The translations under genes were made by a program, and so were the position numbers. From an uncultured Candidatus Saccharibacteria bacterium (GTDB lineage Bacteria > Patescibacteriota > Minisyncoccia > Phycocordibacterales > SBAW01): a DNA stretch of 64,000 bases. The notes under the pieces are model-generated. The model made no database searches, was not told the origin of the DNA, and was given only the letters and a program-made list of their open reading frames with translations. The first letter of the stretch is position 1; the number at the start of each line of letters is the position of its first letter. The DNA lies in the NCBI GenBank assembly GCA_964566795.1, contig CAZMIU010000001.1, forward strand, positions 15,388 through 79,387. Direction: 5' to 3'. This document shows, one piece after another, positions 1 through 9,116 of the stretch.

Positions 1-843
1 GCCCTGGCTTATGTTGCGGGTAAACGCCGGGCACGCACTGGTTGCACCGGTTGTGGGCCTGGAGCTGCCAGAGACAGAGCCAGAGGTTTGGGATGCGCCC
101 GCTGTGCTCGAGCTCCTTGCGGCCAGCTGCGCCTTGAGCGATGCGTTTTCGTTTGTCAGGTCGCTAATCTGCTTGAGGAGCGTCGTTACGTACTCGAGCG
201 AGTAGGTGCCCGTTGTGGTTGTGGGGGGTGTGGCTGGTGTAGCGGGGGTGGTTGGTGTTGTGGTGGTTGGCCTGTCGCTGTCGTCATCACAGGTCTTGGG
301 CACGAGCTCTTTGCGCAGGGCGTCGGCATCGTTGTTGCTCATAAACCTGCCCGTGTAGTTGTAACCCGGGCCCACGAGCATCATGCCGCTCGGGCCGTAA
401 AAGAGCGGCAAGGCCTTGGCCGCGGCCTTAAAGGCGTTAAGCGCAGACTGCGCCGCCGTGTGGGTCGAGGGCAGGGTGTAGCTGTCGCAGTTGAGGTCGC
501 GGCATGCCTGGCGCGCCTTGGCCACCTCGTCGTAGCCAAAGTACAGGTCTTTGCGCAAAATCTCCTTGCCGTCGAGGCTGTCGCGGATAGTAGGGCCCTG
601 CGTGATGTCGGGCGATACGTTGGGGGATATGTAGTCCATGGGGGCACTGCCGCCGCGGGCTATAGCCTTGGCAAGCGCGTTGTACTTGGCTTCGTAGTCG
701 GCAAACAGCGCAAGCCAGGTTGCAATCTCGGTCTTGCGCGCCGCAGTGGGTTCGCATGTGGCCGCCTTGGTGTCGTACGTGTAGATAAATGAGCCGGTAA
801 TTGCCACCACTGCGACAAGCGTCGCCATTTGTATGTTCCTCAT
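1..843 (-). CDS. hypothetical secreted protein, partial (3' end beyond window start)
   Basis: This reverse-strand ORF is absent from the supplied track because it runs off the window edge. Hand reverse-complement translation from ATG at 843 gives MRNIQMATLVAVVAITGSFIYTYDTKAATCEPTAARKTEIATWLALFADYEAKYNALAK... The N-terminus is signal-peptide-like, followed by a Thr/Pro-rich linker (PTTTTPTTPATPATPPTTTT). No stop codon occurs down to position 1. An alternative ATG lies at 828. Confidence 0.5.
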   Translation of the reverse strand, partial: MRNIQMATLVAVVAITGSFIYTYDTKAATCEPTAARKTEIATWLALFADYEAKYNALAKAIARGGSAPMDYISPNVSPDITQGPTIRDSLDGKEILRKDLYFGYDEVAKARQACRDLNCDSYTLPSTHTAAQSALNAFKAAAKALPLFYGPSGMMLVGPGYNYTGRFMSNNDADALRKELVPKTCDDDSDRPTTTTPTTPATPATPPTTTTGTYSLEYVTTLLKQISDLTNENASLKAQLAARSSSTAGASQTSGSVSGSSRPTTGATSACPAFTRNISQG

Positions 844-942
844 ATACGTACAAGTGTACCGCCCTTTATACATACAGTAAGACACGTGGGGATAAGACGC
901 ACTATATATGTAGGTGCGGGCTACAATAAGGAGGCGTCCTTT

Positions 943-3462
943 ATGGGGTTTTTACACAGGGCACTTAGTATTCCGGCATACGCGCAGAGAATGCTGCTTG
1001 TTGCGGCCATTTGTGCTGCGGCACTCTTTGCCTTGTTTGGTGCTATGTACGCGCATCGTGCAGAGGCTTGCGGCTTTTGGGGCCCGTGCACGATACCGGT
1101 GTACCTTACGTCCTATACGATAAGCCCCGACCCCATATACACCGGTTTTGGCGGCCCGACCGTTAGCTGGTCGTCAACGCCGGCCGACTTTTGCGTCCTA
1201 TATTTCCCCCCCGGTGGCTCGGTTGTAGTGCCCCCAAGCGGCAGCTACGCCGGTGCCGACTACGGGGCAGGCTGGCATGTGTACACCATTAAGTGCGACA
1301 ACACGGGCGACGCAGACGAGGGCACCACAGGGTTTGTAAACAAAGGCTATACCGCACAAAACTGCCCGGCAGGCTGGAGCCCTGCAAGCCAGACCTCGTG
1401 CAACCCTCCTCCGGCGCCGTACAACGACACTACTGTAGACTGCGCGGCTGAAAACGAGCTGGGTTGCCCCGGCGGCACGTATAACAACACCGGGCAGGTT
1501 ACCAAGCCCACCAGTGGCACCAAGTACCTGACCGTGCGCACCAGCCATGCCCCCAAGACGGGCGACTCCCTGGTTGCTGGCGGTATTGTGCAGCTGCCTG
1601 GTAATGGCTCGGCCGCGGGCTCTGTTAACCCGGACAACTATCCGCTGAGCCCCGGCTCCTACGGTAATGCGCAGGTGGCACGCGGCTCGGCCAATAACTA
1701 CAGCTACGCTATGCCTATTACTGCCTCTACCCCGGCCGGCGTGTACTACTTTTATCCTGTGACCGCGACAAACTTCCATGCGTGGAACAACTATGGCTCC
1801 ACTCCGGGTGGCTGGCAGAGAATGGCGTCTATCACCGTGGTAGAGCCTGCCGTGCTCCCGACAGTCTCTGTGGCTGCCTCGGGTAGTCCTGGCGAGCCCT
1901 CCACTACAGGTACGTTTACCGTCTCTCGTACCGGCTCAACCGGCTCGGCGCTCTCTGTAAACGCAACTATTGGCGGCACGGCCACGCGCTGCACTGCGGC
2001 AAACATCTCTACATGCGCTACATCAACAGACTACCTTTTAACCAACTGCAGTATTAGCAGTACCAACCCTACGGTTACGCTGACTATACCGTCTGGCCAG
2101 GCGTCGTGCGCTATTACGCTTACTCCCAAGGACAACACCAGCGCCGAGTCCTCAGAGACAGCAACGCTCACCATTACAAGTTCAAGCAGCTATTCATTGG
2201 GCGCAACGCTTGGGTCGCTCAGCATTAGCGACAACGACTCGGGCGTGAGCTGTACTAGCGCCTCCAACGGGGGCGCCACTGGCACATACCCCTCATGTAC
2301 CTGCAACAACACAGGCACATATACCTCAAGCTCAAACTCCTGCGGCAACCCCAGCTGCTCGACAGCAACCCCCGGGGGTGCTAGCGGCACATACCCCAGC
2401 TGCACCTGCTCCAACGGCGGCACCTACAGCTCGAGCAACCATACATGCAGCGTCTCCTCGGCCACGTTCCAGATAGATGCCAACGACCCGAGCATTGCCA
2501 AGGGCTCAAGCGACTCGCTTTCTATAACCGCGCGCCGCACCTCGGGGTCGTCAGCGCCTATTTATCCGTACATTATATTCTGGAATGCAGGCAGCGCACC
2601 CTCGGGCGTAACCGAAGGCGGCTTAACCCCCGGCTCGTGCACACCGGGCACCTCGTGGGCTCCATGCGGCTCTGAGACACTCACTGTCTCCACATCGGCA
2701 ACCTCTGGTACATACTCTGGCACGGTGTATTACCTAGACGGCTCGTCACAGCCCATTACGACCCCGTTTACCCTCACGATTACGGCAGCGGCCGCCTTCT
2801 CCTTTACTCTCTCACCCAACAGCTACAATGTATCCGCGACGCCGGGCCAGACCGTAACAAATACTATCGGGGCCTACGCGCTCTCGGGGAGCGGCACGGT
2901 AGACGGGTTTTATGCGACCGTGCCTGATGGCTGGTCGTACAGCTTCCCCGCGCCCAACTCCTGCACCGCCACCAACCTTAGCTGTGCGACTATGGAGATA
3001 AACGTACCAGCAGGCGCTACGCCGGGCGAGTATCCTGTGTCGGTCTATGCAAGCGGCAGCGGCTCTACCTCGGGCAGTGGCTCCTTTTCAGTCAATATTG
3101 CAGGCGAGGGCGGCGGTGGAGGCGGCCTTGTTGTCGAGGTGTTAACTGGCGATGACGCGGGCGAGCCCGGGACCGGGCAGGGGAGTGGTACCTTTGCGCT
3201 CTCGCGCACGGGTGGCGAGTATGGAGTATCAGTCGATCTGCCGGTCTACTTTGAGATATCCGGTACAGCAGTGTATGGCGAGGATTATACGCTTGATGGC
3301 ACCTGCAGCTCTATAACCATTAATGGTGCCACGATACCCACAGGTAGTGCCTCGTGTGTAATAGAGGTTATACCGATAGGCGACTCGCCTCTTGAGGAGA
3401 GCCCCGAGACAGTTACCATAACGCTGCTCCCGGGCCCATACACCGGTGGGACCACCCCTTAG
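943..3462 (+). CDS. large secreted Thr/Ser/Gly-rich surface protein (paralog of 12821..15487)
   Basis: Track ORF 829..3462. The likely start is ATG 943, preceded by AAGGAGG at 927-933. The N-terminus has a hydrophobic segment (MLLVAAICAAALFALFGAMYA). Blocks shared with the 12821 paralog are NDTTVDCAAENELGCPGGTYNNTGQVTKPT and VNPDNYP..PAGVYYFY..TPGGW. The composition is low-complexity T/S/G-rich. Confidence 0.75.
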   Translation: MGFLHRALSIPAYAQRMLLVAAICAAALFALFGAMYAHRAEACGFWGPCTIPVYLTSYTISPDPIYTGFGGPTVSWSSTPADFCVLYFPPGGSVVVPPSGSYAGADYGAGWHVYTIKCDNTGDADEGTTGFVNKGYTAQNCPAGWSPASQTSCNPPPAPYNDTTVDCAAENELGCPGGTYNNTGQVTKPTSGTKYLTVRTSHAPKTGDSLVAGGIVQLPGNGSAAGSVNPDNYPLSPGSYGNAQVARGSANNYSYAMPITASTPAGVYYFYPVTATNFHAWNNYGSTPGGWQRMASITVVEPAVLPTVSVAASGSPGEPSTTGTFTVSRTGSTGSALSVNATIGGTATRCTAANISTCATSTDYLLTNCSISSTNPTVTLTIPSGQASCAITLTPKDNTSAESSETATLTITSSSSYSLGATLGSLSISDNDSGVSCTSASNGGATGTYPSCTCNNTGTYTSSSNSCGNPSCSTATPGGASGTYPSCTCSNGGTYSSSNHTCSVSSATFQIDANDPSIAKGSSDSLSITARRTSGSSAPIYPYIIFWNAGSAPSGVTEGGLTPGSCTPGTSWAPCGSETLTVSTSATSGTYSGTVYYLDGSSQPITTPFTLTITAAAAFSFTLSPNSYNVSATPGQTVTNTIGAYALSGSGTVDGFYATVPDGWSYSFPAPNSCTATNLSCATMEINVPAGATPGEYPVSVYASGSGSTSGSGSFSVNIAGEGGGGGGLVVEVLTGDDAGEPGTGQGSGTFALSRTGGEYGVSVDLPVYFEISGTAVYGEDYTLDGTCSSITINGATIPTGSASCVIEVIPIGDSPLEESPETVTITLLPGPYTGGTTP

Positions 3463-3480
3463 CTGCATATGTAATTATCC

Positions 3481-5022
3481 ATGACTATCCGCACCATGAT
3501 ACATCGCTACGCCACAGCTAAGACCATACCGCTTGTCGTGTTGGCCGTGTTCTTGCTGGCGCAGATTGTCTGGGTCTCGCTGTCGCCCACGCTGGTCCAG
3601 GCCGCGCCCACGATATCAAGCGCAACTAATGGCACCATGACCTCCTCGCTCAACCCCACGGGTACCAAGAACGTGTCGTTTAACTCCGGCTCTGGCACAG
3701 GGCGCATGTTGGTTGTTGTGGTGGGCTCAGACGACCGCACCAATAAAATGACCAGTGTCATGTATGACGGTTTTACCATGACACAAGCGTATGGCACGGG
3801 CCAACTTGCGCCGAGCACGGCAACGGCGCGCGTGCAGCTCTTTTACCTTCCTATTGACGAAAACACCACAGGCGCCAACAATGTCAGCTTTACCGCGTCT
3901 GCGCCGGACAACTACGCATATGTCATTGCCTATGTCTCGGGTGCCGACACCACCTCCGTGGGCACGGTTAATAACAACTCCGGCACAGGCTCTACGCTTT
4001 CTGTTACCAATGTGCCCTCTGAGACAGACTCGCTTATCGTGACTGCGTTTGGCAGCAACTCGACCACCGCATTCTCGCCCTCTGGGGGCTCTACAGAAGT
4101 AACAAGTGGCGAGGTGAGCGCTACCGGCATACGTGCAGGCATGTATATCAAAACTGGAGGTTCAGCGGGCGTGTCTGTAAGCACAGCCGCCTCGGGTGGC
4201 AATGACGGTTGGGGGGCCATCTCACTTGAGATAAAACTGCCTGTCGTGCTCCCGACAGTTAGTGTGGCGTCTCAAGACACCGAGGCCCAGGAGCCGGGGC
4301 AGGAAACACCGGCAGACTCGGCCTCCTTTATGCTTGCGCACACGGGAGAGGATAAACTTGGTGCCGTCGATGTAAATTTTTTTATCACAGGATCTGCTGA
4401 CACGTACGACGATTATGCTTTCGACTTGGACAACAGCACATGTGACAGCATAAGCGGCGACAGCGCGACAATCCCTGCTTATCAGGACTCCTGCACGGTT
4501 GTGATACTCCCAGAGTATGACGAACAGCAGGAGGACACGGAGACCGTAGAGATGTATCTGGACGATGGGTCCGATTATCTGGTGGGAGAAAGCGGCACTA
4601 GAGAGACTATATATATAGATGATACGCCACCCGGCACCGGAGGCGGGACTATAGACTGCGGTGAGCAGCCGGAGGTGTGCGCGGCACTTGACTACGAGAT
4701 ACAATCGCCCGGTTTTGCCTCGATGTATATATATGATGCCGACACTGTGCCCGCGGGCGTGATTGTAGAACCGGGGCTCACCGCAGTGCCCACGCGCGTG
4801 CAAAACGGCGGCGTCGCTACGCTCTCGTGGAGCGTAAGTGGCATGAGCAGCTGCTCTATAGACAACGGCGTGGGCTCGGTAGACGCGACAGACGGCCAGC
4901 ATACGGCAACGACCCCAGCCATAACCACCCGCACCACCTTTACGCTTACCTGCTCGGACGGGTCGGCAAGCGTACTATCGAGAGCCACGGTGGGGATAGT
5001 GCCGACGTTTATCGAGCAGTAA
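3481..5022 (+). CDS. secreted Thr/Ser-rich hypothetical protein
   Basis: 513-aa ORF with an N-terminal TM/signal segment (IPLVVLAVFLLAQIVWVSLSPTLVQAAP). The C-terminal ~50 aa (LSWSVSGMSSCS...TFTLTCSDG) resemble the C-terminus of the 12821..15487 protein (LTWSASGVSSCS...TYTLRCINDAGG). Confidence 0.65.
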   Translation: MTIRTMIHRYATAKTIPLVVLAVFLLAQIVWVSLSPTLVQAAPTISSATNGTMTSSLNPTGTKNVSFNSGSGTGRMLVVVVGSDDRTNKMTSVMYDGFTMTQAYGTGQLAPSTATARVQLFYLPIDENTTGANNVSFTASAPDNYAYVIAYVSGADTTSVGTVNNNSGTGSTLSVTNVPSETDSLIVTAFGSNSTTAFSPSGGSTEVTSGEVSATGIRAGMYIKTGGSAGVSVSTAASGGNDGWGAISLEIKLPVVLPTVSVASQDTEAQEPGQETPADSASFMLAHTGEDKLGAVDVNFFITGSADTYDDYAFDLDNSTCDSISGDSATIPAYQDSCTVVILPEYDEQQEDTETVEMYLDDGSDYLVGESGTRETIYIDDTPPGTGGGTIDCGEQPEVCAALDYEIQSPGFASMYIYDADTVPAGVIVEPGLTAVPTRVQNGGVATLSWSVSGMSSCSIDNGVGSVDATDGQHTATTPAITTRTTFTLTCSDGSASVLSRATVGIVPTFIEQ

Positions 5023-5038
5023 CGTATACTCTTATTAT

Positions 5039-5470
5039 ATGGACACCAAAGCAGTCGTAACCGGGTCAATCGCGCTTGTTATTATTGCCGCAGTGCTTGC
5101 GGGCGCGTATGTTGTAACGTCGCGCGGGCAGGCTCCCAAGGCGCTGCCGCTTGACCAAGCCTACGCTACCCCTGCGTCTGTTGTACTCACCCACACTACC
5201 TCCGCAGATAAGCACATATACACCGGCACTATCCCCATGACCTCAACCTGCAACAAGGTGGGTTCCGGTATCTCGTATGACGTGGTAGACGGCCGCATTA
5301 AGGCCTCGCTGGCCATAGGCATACTGAGGGCCGAGGACGGACACTGCGAGGGGGTTGCCACCGGAGCGACCCAGAGCTTTACCACCTCCTTTGTGCCGCC
5401 GCACAATCTCCCGGTAGACCTTATAAAAGTATCGGTTAACGGCAAGGAGGTTGCGTTTACGCAAAACTAG
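5039..5470 (+). CDS. small membrane-anchored hypothetical protein
   Basis: 143-aa ORF with an N-terminal TM helix (VVTGSIALVIIAAVLAGAYVV). It is tightly packed between the neighbouring genes. Confidence 0.5.
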   Translation: MDTKAVVTGSIALVIIAAVLAGAYVVTSRGQAPKALPLDQAYATPASVVLTHTTSADKHIYTGTIPMTSTCNKVGSGISYDVVDGRIKASLAIGILRAEDGHCEGVATGATQSFTTSFVPPHNLPVDLIKVSVNGKEVAFTQN

Positions 5471-5472
5471 CT

Positions 5473-6486
5473 ATGGCTGTCAAGGTCGCTATAAACGGCT
5501 TTGGACGCATCGGCCGAGCTTGTATGCGTGCGGCAGTGCACGACCCGGATATTGATATTGTTGCCATTAACGACTTGGGCAGCGTCGGGAATTTGGCATA
5601 TCTCTTGAAGTACGACACGGTGTATGGGCGCTTTCCGGCGCCGGTCACGTATGAGCCCGGCGTGCTTGTGGTGGGCGCCAAGCGCATCCAGGTTGTAAGC
5701 GAGAAGGAGCCTGGCAACCTGCCGTGGGGCGCGCTTGGCGTTGATGTTGTTATAGAGTCGACCGGCATATTTGCAGACTACGAGAAGGCGCACGCCCACG
5801 TTGTGGCCGGTGCCAAGCATGTGGTGATTTCAGCCCCGGTTAAGGACGAGAACCCCCTGGGCGCAACCGTGCTTATAGGAGTTAACGAGCAGAAGGCTGC
5901 CGCATGCCCCGTAACTTCCAATGCCTCGTGCACCACAAACTCGGCCAGCCCGATAATTGCGATACTCGATGAGGCACTGGGGATTGAGCGCGCCATACTC
6001 TCGACTGTACACGGCTACACCGCAAGCCAGGCGCTGGTAGACGGGCCCTCTAAAAAGGATATGAAGGAGGGCCGCGCCGCCGCACAAAACATTGTCCCGA
6101 CCTCGACCGGCGCCGCTATTGCTGTAACCAAGGCGTATCCGAACCTGGCGGGCAAGTTTGATGGCATTAGCCTGAGAGTCCCGGTGCCGGCAGGCTCTAT
6201 TGCAGACATTACCTTTGTGCCTAAGCGCCCAACGACAAGAGAAGAGGTTAATAAAATATTAAGCGACGCCGCACAGAGCCCGCGCTGGCAGGGCATATTT
6301 GCAACGACGACAGAGGAGCTTGTCTCAAGCGACATACTAGGCGAGCCGTATGCAAGCATTGCCGACCTGGGGCTAACGCGGGTTGTCGAGGGCCGGCTGG
6401 TAAAGGTGATGGCCTGGTACGACAACGAGATGGGATATGTACACACGCTCCTGCGCCACGCCAAACGCGCCGCCGGCGTCCAATAA
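5473..6486 (+). CDS. gap: glyceraldehyde-3-phosphate dehydrogenase
   Basis: It contains NGFGRIGR (NAD-binding), the SNASCTTN catalytic-Cys motif and the conserved C-terminal WYDNEMGY. Confidence 0.95.
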   Translation: MAVKVAINGFGRIGRACMRAAVHDPDIDIVAINDLGSVGNLAYLLKYDTVYGRFPAPVTYEPGVLVVGAKRIQVVSEKEPGNLPWGALGVDVVIESTGIFADYEKAHAHVVAGAKHVVISAPVKDENPLGATVLIGVNEQKAAACPVTSNASCTTNSASPIIAILDEALGIERAILSTVHGYTASQALVDGPSKKDMKEGRAAAQNIVPTSTGAAIAVTKAYPNLAGKFDGISLRVPVPAGSIADITFVPKRPTTREEVNKILSDAAQSPRWQGIFATTTEELVSSDILGEPYASIADLGLTRVVEGRLVKVMAWYDNEMGYVHTLLRHAKRAAGVQ

Positions 6487-6516
6487 GAACTAAGATGCGA
6501 AACAGACCCGCATTTA

Positions 6517-6534
6517 CCTATCACTACCTATAGG
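6517..6534. promoter_or_regulatory. motif CCTATCAC-ta-CCTATAGG upstream of PaaX-like gene (candidate operator)
   Basis: Its 17 nt 6517-6533 have a perfect reverse-complement copy at 7102-7118. A related copy lies at 30921-30933. Confidence 0.4.
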
Positions 6535-6547
6535 GTAGGATCGGCGC

Positions 6548-7084
6548 ATGCATAAAAAGGGCGATATAGCCTATATACTCTTAGGTGTGCTAGTGGTAGC
6601 AGGCGTAATTGCCGCAATTGCCTTGGCTCCCGGGCTGGGTGCCGCGTTAAAACTGATCGACCCAAACCCCCGCAAAGCTGTTGCAAAGGCAGACCGTGCC
6701 TTAAGAAGTCTTGTTAAGTCTAATAAGGTCATCCTGACCAAGAAGGGGTATGTCCTAACTACAAAAGGAGAACAGGACTATCTCCGGGGGCAATTTGATA
6801 GGTATACATTTCCTACACCTCGTACGTGGGATAAGAAGTGGAGGGTTATCTGCTTTGATGTTCCAGAAAAGAAGAAGCACGTACGACGGCTGTTGCACGA
6901 CAAGTTAAAAACACTTGGGTGTTACCGGCTTCAAGATTCGGTGTTTGTTACACCGTATTCTTGTGCAGAATTTTTAAAAGTAGCTCATGGTGCGTATGGA
7001 CTCTCAGACTATGTACGCGGCATGGTAGTAACCGATATCGACAAAAAAGAAGCACTCCACTCGTTCTTTCGCTTACCAGTTTGA
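6548..7084 (+). CDS. membrane-anchored PaaX-like winged-helix regulator (PaaX C-terminal domain)
   Basis: It has an N-terminal TM helix, then a wing-like KVILTKKGYVLTTKGEQ segment. The C-terminal WDKKWRVICFDVPEKKKHVRRLLHDKLKTLGCYRLQDSVFVTP matches the PaaX_C pattern (WDGxW..S/FDIPE..R..LR..L..LGF..LQ.SVW..P). Confidence 0.6.
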   Translation: MHKKGDIAYILLGVLVVAGVIAAIALAPGLGAALKLIDPNPRKAVAKADRALRSLVKSNKVILTKKGYVLTTKGEQDYLRGQFDRYTFPTPRTWDKKWRVICFDVPEKKKHVRRLLHDKLKTLGCYRLQDSVFVTPYSCAEFLKVAHGAYGLSDYVRGMVVTDIDKKEALHSFFRLPV

Positions 7085-7090
7085 TTATTA

Positions 7091-7125
7091 CCTATCACAC
7101 GCTATAGGTAGTGATAGGTTTTTTG
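7091..7125 (+). terminator. hairpin CCTATCAC..(loop containing CTATAGG)..GTGATAGG + TTTTTTG; terminator of PaaX-like gene and inverted copy of the 6517 motif
   Basis: The 8-bp stem is 7091-7098 / 7111-7118, followed by a T-run at 7119-7124, 7 nt after the stop. Confidence 0.55.
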
Positions 7126-7169
7126 TGGAATATAGAGGTGGTTTTGGTAGGGTGGTTTATACTAGAGAG

Positions 7170-7616
7170 GTGAAGATTTTTCTCGCTTCAGATCATGCCG
7201 GGTTTGAACTCAAGCAGAAGCTTGCTGATTTTCTGATGCAGGAGGGGCACGAGGTGGAGGATATGGGTCCTACGCGCCTTAACCCGGCAGACGACTACCC
7301 CGACTACATCACGCCCTGTGCAAAAAAAGTGGCGCAGACGCATGAAAGCATGGGTATTGTAGCGGGGATGTCCGGCCAGGGAGAGGCTATGGCGGCCAAC
7401 CGCGTGCGCGGCGTGCGCGCCGCGGTGTATTACGGCGGTCCGCAGGAGATTTTAAAATTGTCGCGCCAGCACAACGATGCCAACGTGCTGTCCTTTGGTG
7501 CGCGTTTTGTTACAGCGGATGAGGCGGCCAAAGCCGCACAGCTGTGGCTCAATACGCACTTTGAGCACGACGAGCGGCATCAGCGCCGGATTTTAAAGAT
7601 GGACTATGGGAATTGA
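7170..7616 (+). CDS. rpiB: ribose-5-phosphate isomerase B
   Basis: KIFLASDHAGFELKQ matches the RpiB/LacAB N-terminus. The track ORF starts at 7125, but the likely true start is GTG 7170, preceded by AGAGAGG. Confidence 0.85.
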   Translation: MKIFLASDHAGFELKQKLADFLMQEGHEVEDMGPTRLNPADDYPDYITPCAKKVAQTHESMGIVAGMSGQGEAMAANRVRGVRAAVYYGGPQEILKLSRQHNDANVLSFGARFVTADEAAKAAQLWLNTHFEHDERHQRRILKMDYGN

Positions 7617-8244
7617 GATTGTGCCCGCGCTGTTGGTGCGCAGTAAAGAAGACTTACTGGCAGGCCTTGAGAAGCTGCGCGGCTGTGCGCCGTGGGTGCA
7701 GATAGACATGGTGGAGAGGAACTATCTGGAGGGGGAGGAGAGCTTCCCTCTGTGGGAGGAGTTTAACTTTGAGGCAGACCTCATGACAAGAAGCCAGGCA
7801 AAAGACGCCGAGGCTATGGTGGCTCTGGGTGCCGGGCGCGTTGTAGTACACGCACACGCAGATGCGCTTGCGGCACTTGAGGCAATGCAAAAGTACCGCG
7901 CGGGCGACTATGGGGTTGAGGTTGGCGTGGCGCTACACCCAGACCAGGCGCCGGAAACCCTGTCGACTTTTGACGGGCTATACGACTACGTGCAGGTTAT
8001 GGGCATTGCAGCGGAAGGCAGGCAGGGGCAGGAGCCAGACGCGCGTGCCGTAGCGCTTGTACAGGCCCTGCGCCACAGCTACCCTAGCTTACTTATACAG
8101 GTAGACGGCGCTGTGGCTGCGCGCGCACGGGAGCTTGCGCAGGCGGGTGCGAGCCGGCTTGTTGTGGGCGGTGCCATTGCACAGGCCGACAATCCAAAGG
8201 CAGAGCTCAAGGCGTTATATACTAGAGCAAATGGCTCTGAGTGA
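7606..8244 (+). CDS. ribulose-phosphate 3-epimerase-like (divergent)
   Basis: 212-aa TIM-barrel-like sequence. IQVDGAV resembles the RPE C-terminal strand. It sits between rpiB and transketolase, which is a pentose-phosphate gene context. Confidence 0.55.
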   Translation: MGIEIVPALLVRSKEDLLAGLEKLRGCAPWVQIDMVERNYLEGEESFPLWEEFNFEADLMTRSQAKDAEAMVALGAGRVVVHAHADALAALEAMQKYRAGDYGVEVGVALHPDQAPETLSTFDGLYDYVQVMGIAAEGRQGQEPDARAVALVQALRHSYPSLLIQVDGAVAARARELAQAGASRLVVGGAIAQADNPKAELKALYTRANGSE

Positions 8245-9115
8245 TAAGCAAATAAAAGAGTTGGAGCTGCAGGCCGAAGGCATACGCGAGACCATTGTAG
8301 AGATGCTGGTCGCGGCGGGCTCGGGGCACACCGCAGGCCCCTTGGGCATGGCCGACATCTTTGCCGCGCTCTACTTCCATGTCCTCAGCCACAACCCCGA
8401 GCATCCGGAGTGGGAAGACAGGGACCGCCTCATACTCTCAAACGGGCATATTGTGCCGGTGCGGTATGCCGCGATGGCGCATGCGGGCTACTTTCCCCTC
8501 CCGGAGGCGCTCACTTTGCGCAAGTTTGGCACGAGGCTCCAGGGTCACCCGGAGCGCGAGCGCCTGCCCGGCATGGAGACCACATCGGGGCCGCTGGGCT
8601 CTGGACTCGGCCAGGCTGCGGGCGTGGCCTATGGCCTTAGGATGGACTCTAAAAAGGCGCGGGTGTACTGCGCGATGTCTGACGGCGAGCACGACTGCGG
8701 CAATGTGTGGGAGTCGGCGATGTTTGCCGGCGCCAACAAGCTCTCAAACCTTACCGGGATTATAGACCGCAACAACATACAGATTAACGGCATGACGGAA
8801 AATGTCATGCCGCTTGAGAACCTGCGGGGAAAGTACGAGGCGTTTAACTGGCATGTGATTGAGATAGACGGACACAACATGCGCGAGTTTATAGACGCAG
8901 TGGGGCAGGCCAAGGCAGTGTACGAGCGCCCCACGGTCATCATTGCGCACACGATACCGGGCAAGGGCGTAAAAGAGATAGAGTTTGACTACCGATGGCA
9001 CGGCGTGCCGCCGGGCAAAGGGCCCACAGATGTTATCCCGGCAGACAAGCAGGCAGAGGTGTTCCTCAAAGAACTGCGCACCCTTAAGGGCAAGATTCAA
9101 TCTGAACACGAATAA
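8231..9115 (+). CDS. transketolase, N-terminal subunit (split tkt)
   Basis: The sequence MALSDKQIKELE...GSGHTAGPLGMADIF...HPE matches the TPP-binding N-terminal half of transketolase. The ORF stops before the pyrimidine-binding half. Start is chosen at M33 of track ORF 8135..9115. Confidence 0.85.
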   Translation: MALSDKQIKELELQAEGIRETIVEMLVAAGSGHTAGPLGMADIFAALYFHVLSHNPEHPEWEDRDRLILSNGHIVPVRYAAMAHAGYFPLPEALTLRKFGTRLQGHPERERLPGMETTSGPLGSGLGQAAGVAYGLRMDSKKARVYCAMSDGEHDCGNVWESAMFAGANKLSNLTGIIDRNNIQINGMTENVMPLENLRGKYEAFNWHVIEIDGHNMREFIDAVGQAKAVYERPTVIIAHTIPGKGVKEIEFDYRWHGVPPGKGPTDVIPADKQAEVFLKELRTLKGKIQSEHE

Positions 9116-9116
9116 T

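Noticed and set aside
88-792. 234-aa plus-strand ORF
   Set aside because: It is Arg/Gly/Val/Cys-rich, a typical high-GC antisense artefact. It lies opposite the better-supported minus-strand gene 1..843.
3400-3462. LPGPYTGG near the C-terminus of the 943..3462 protein as a sortase signal
   Set aside because: No hydrophobic segment or basic tail follows. The protein ends 6 residues later.
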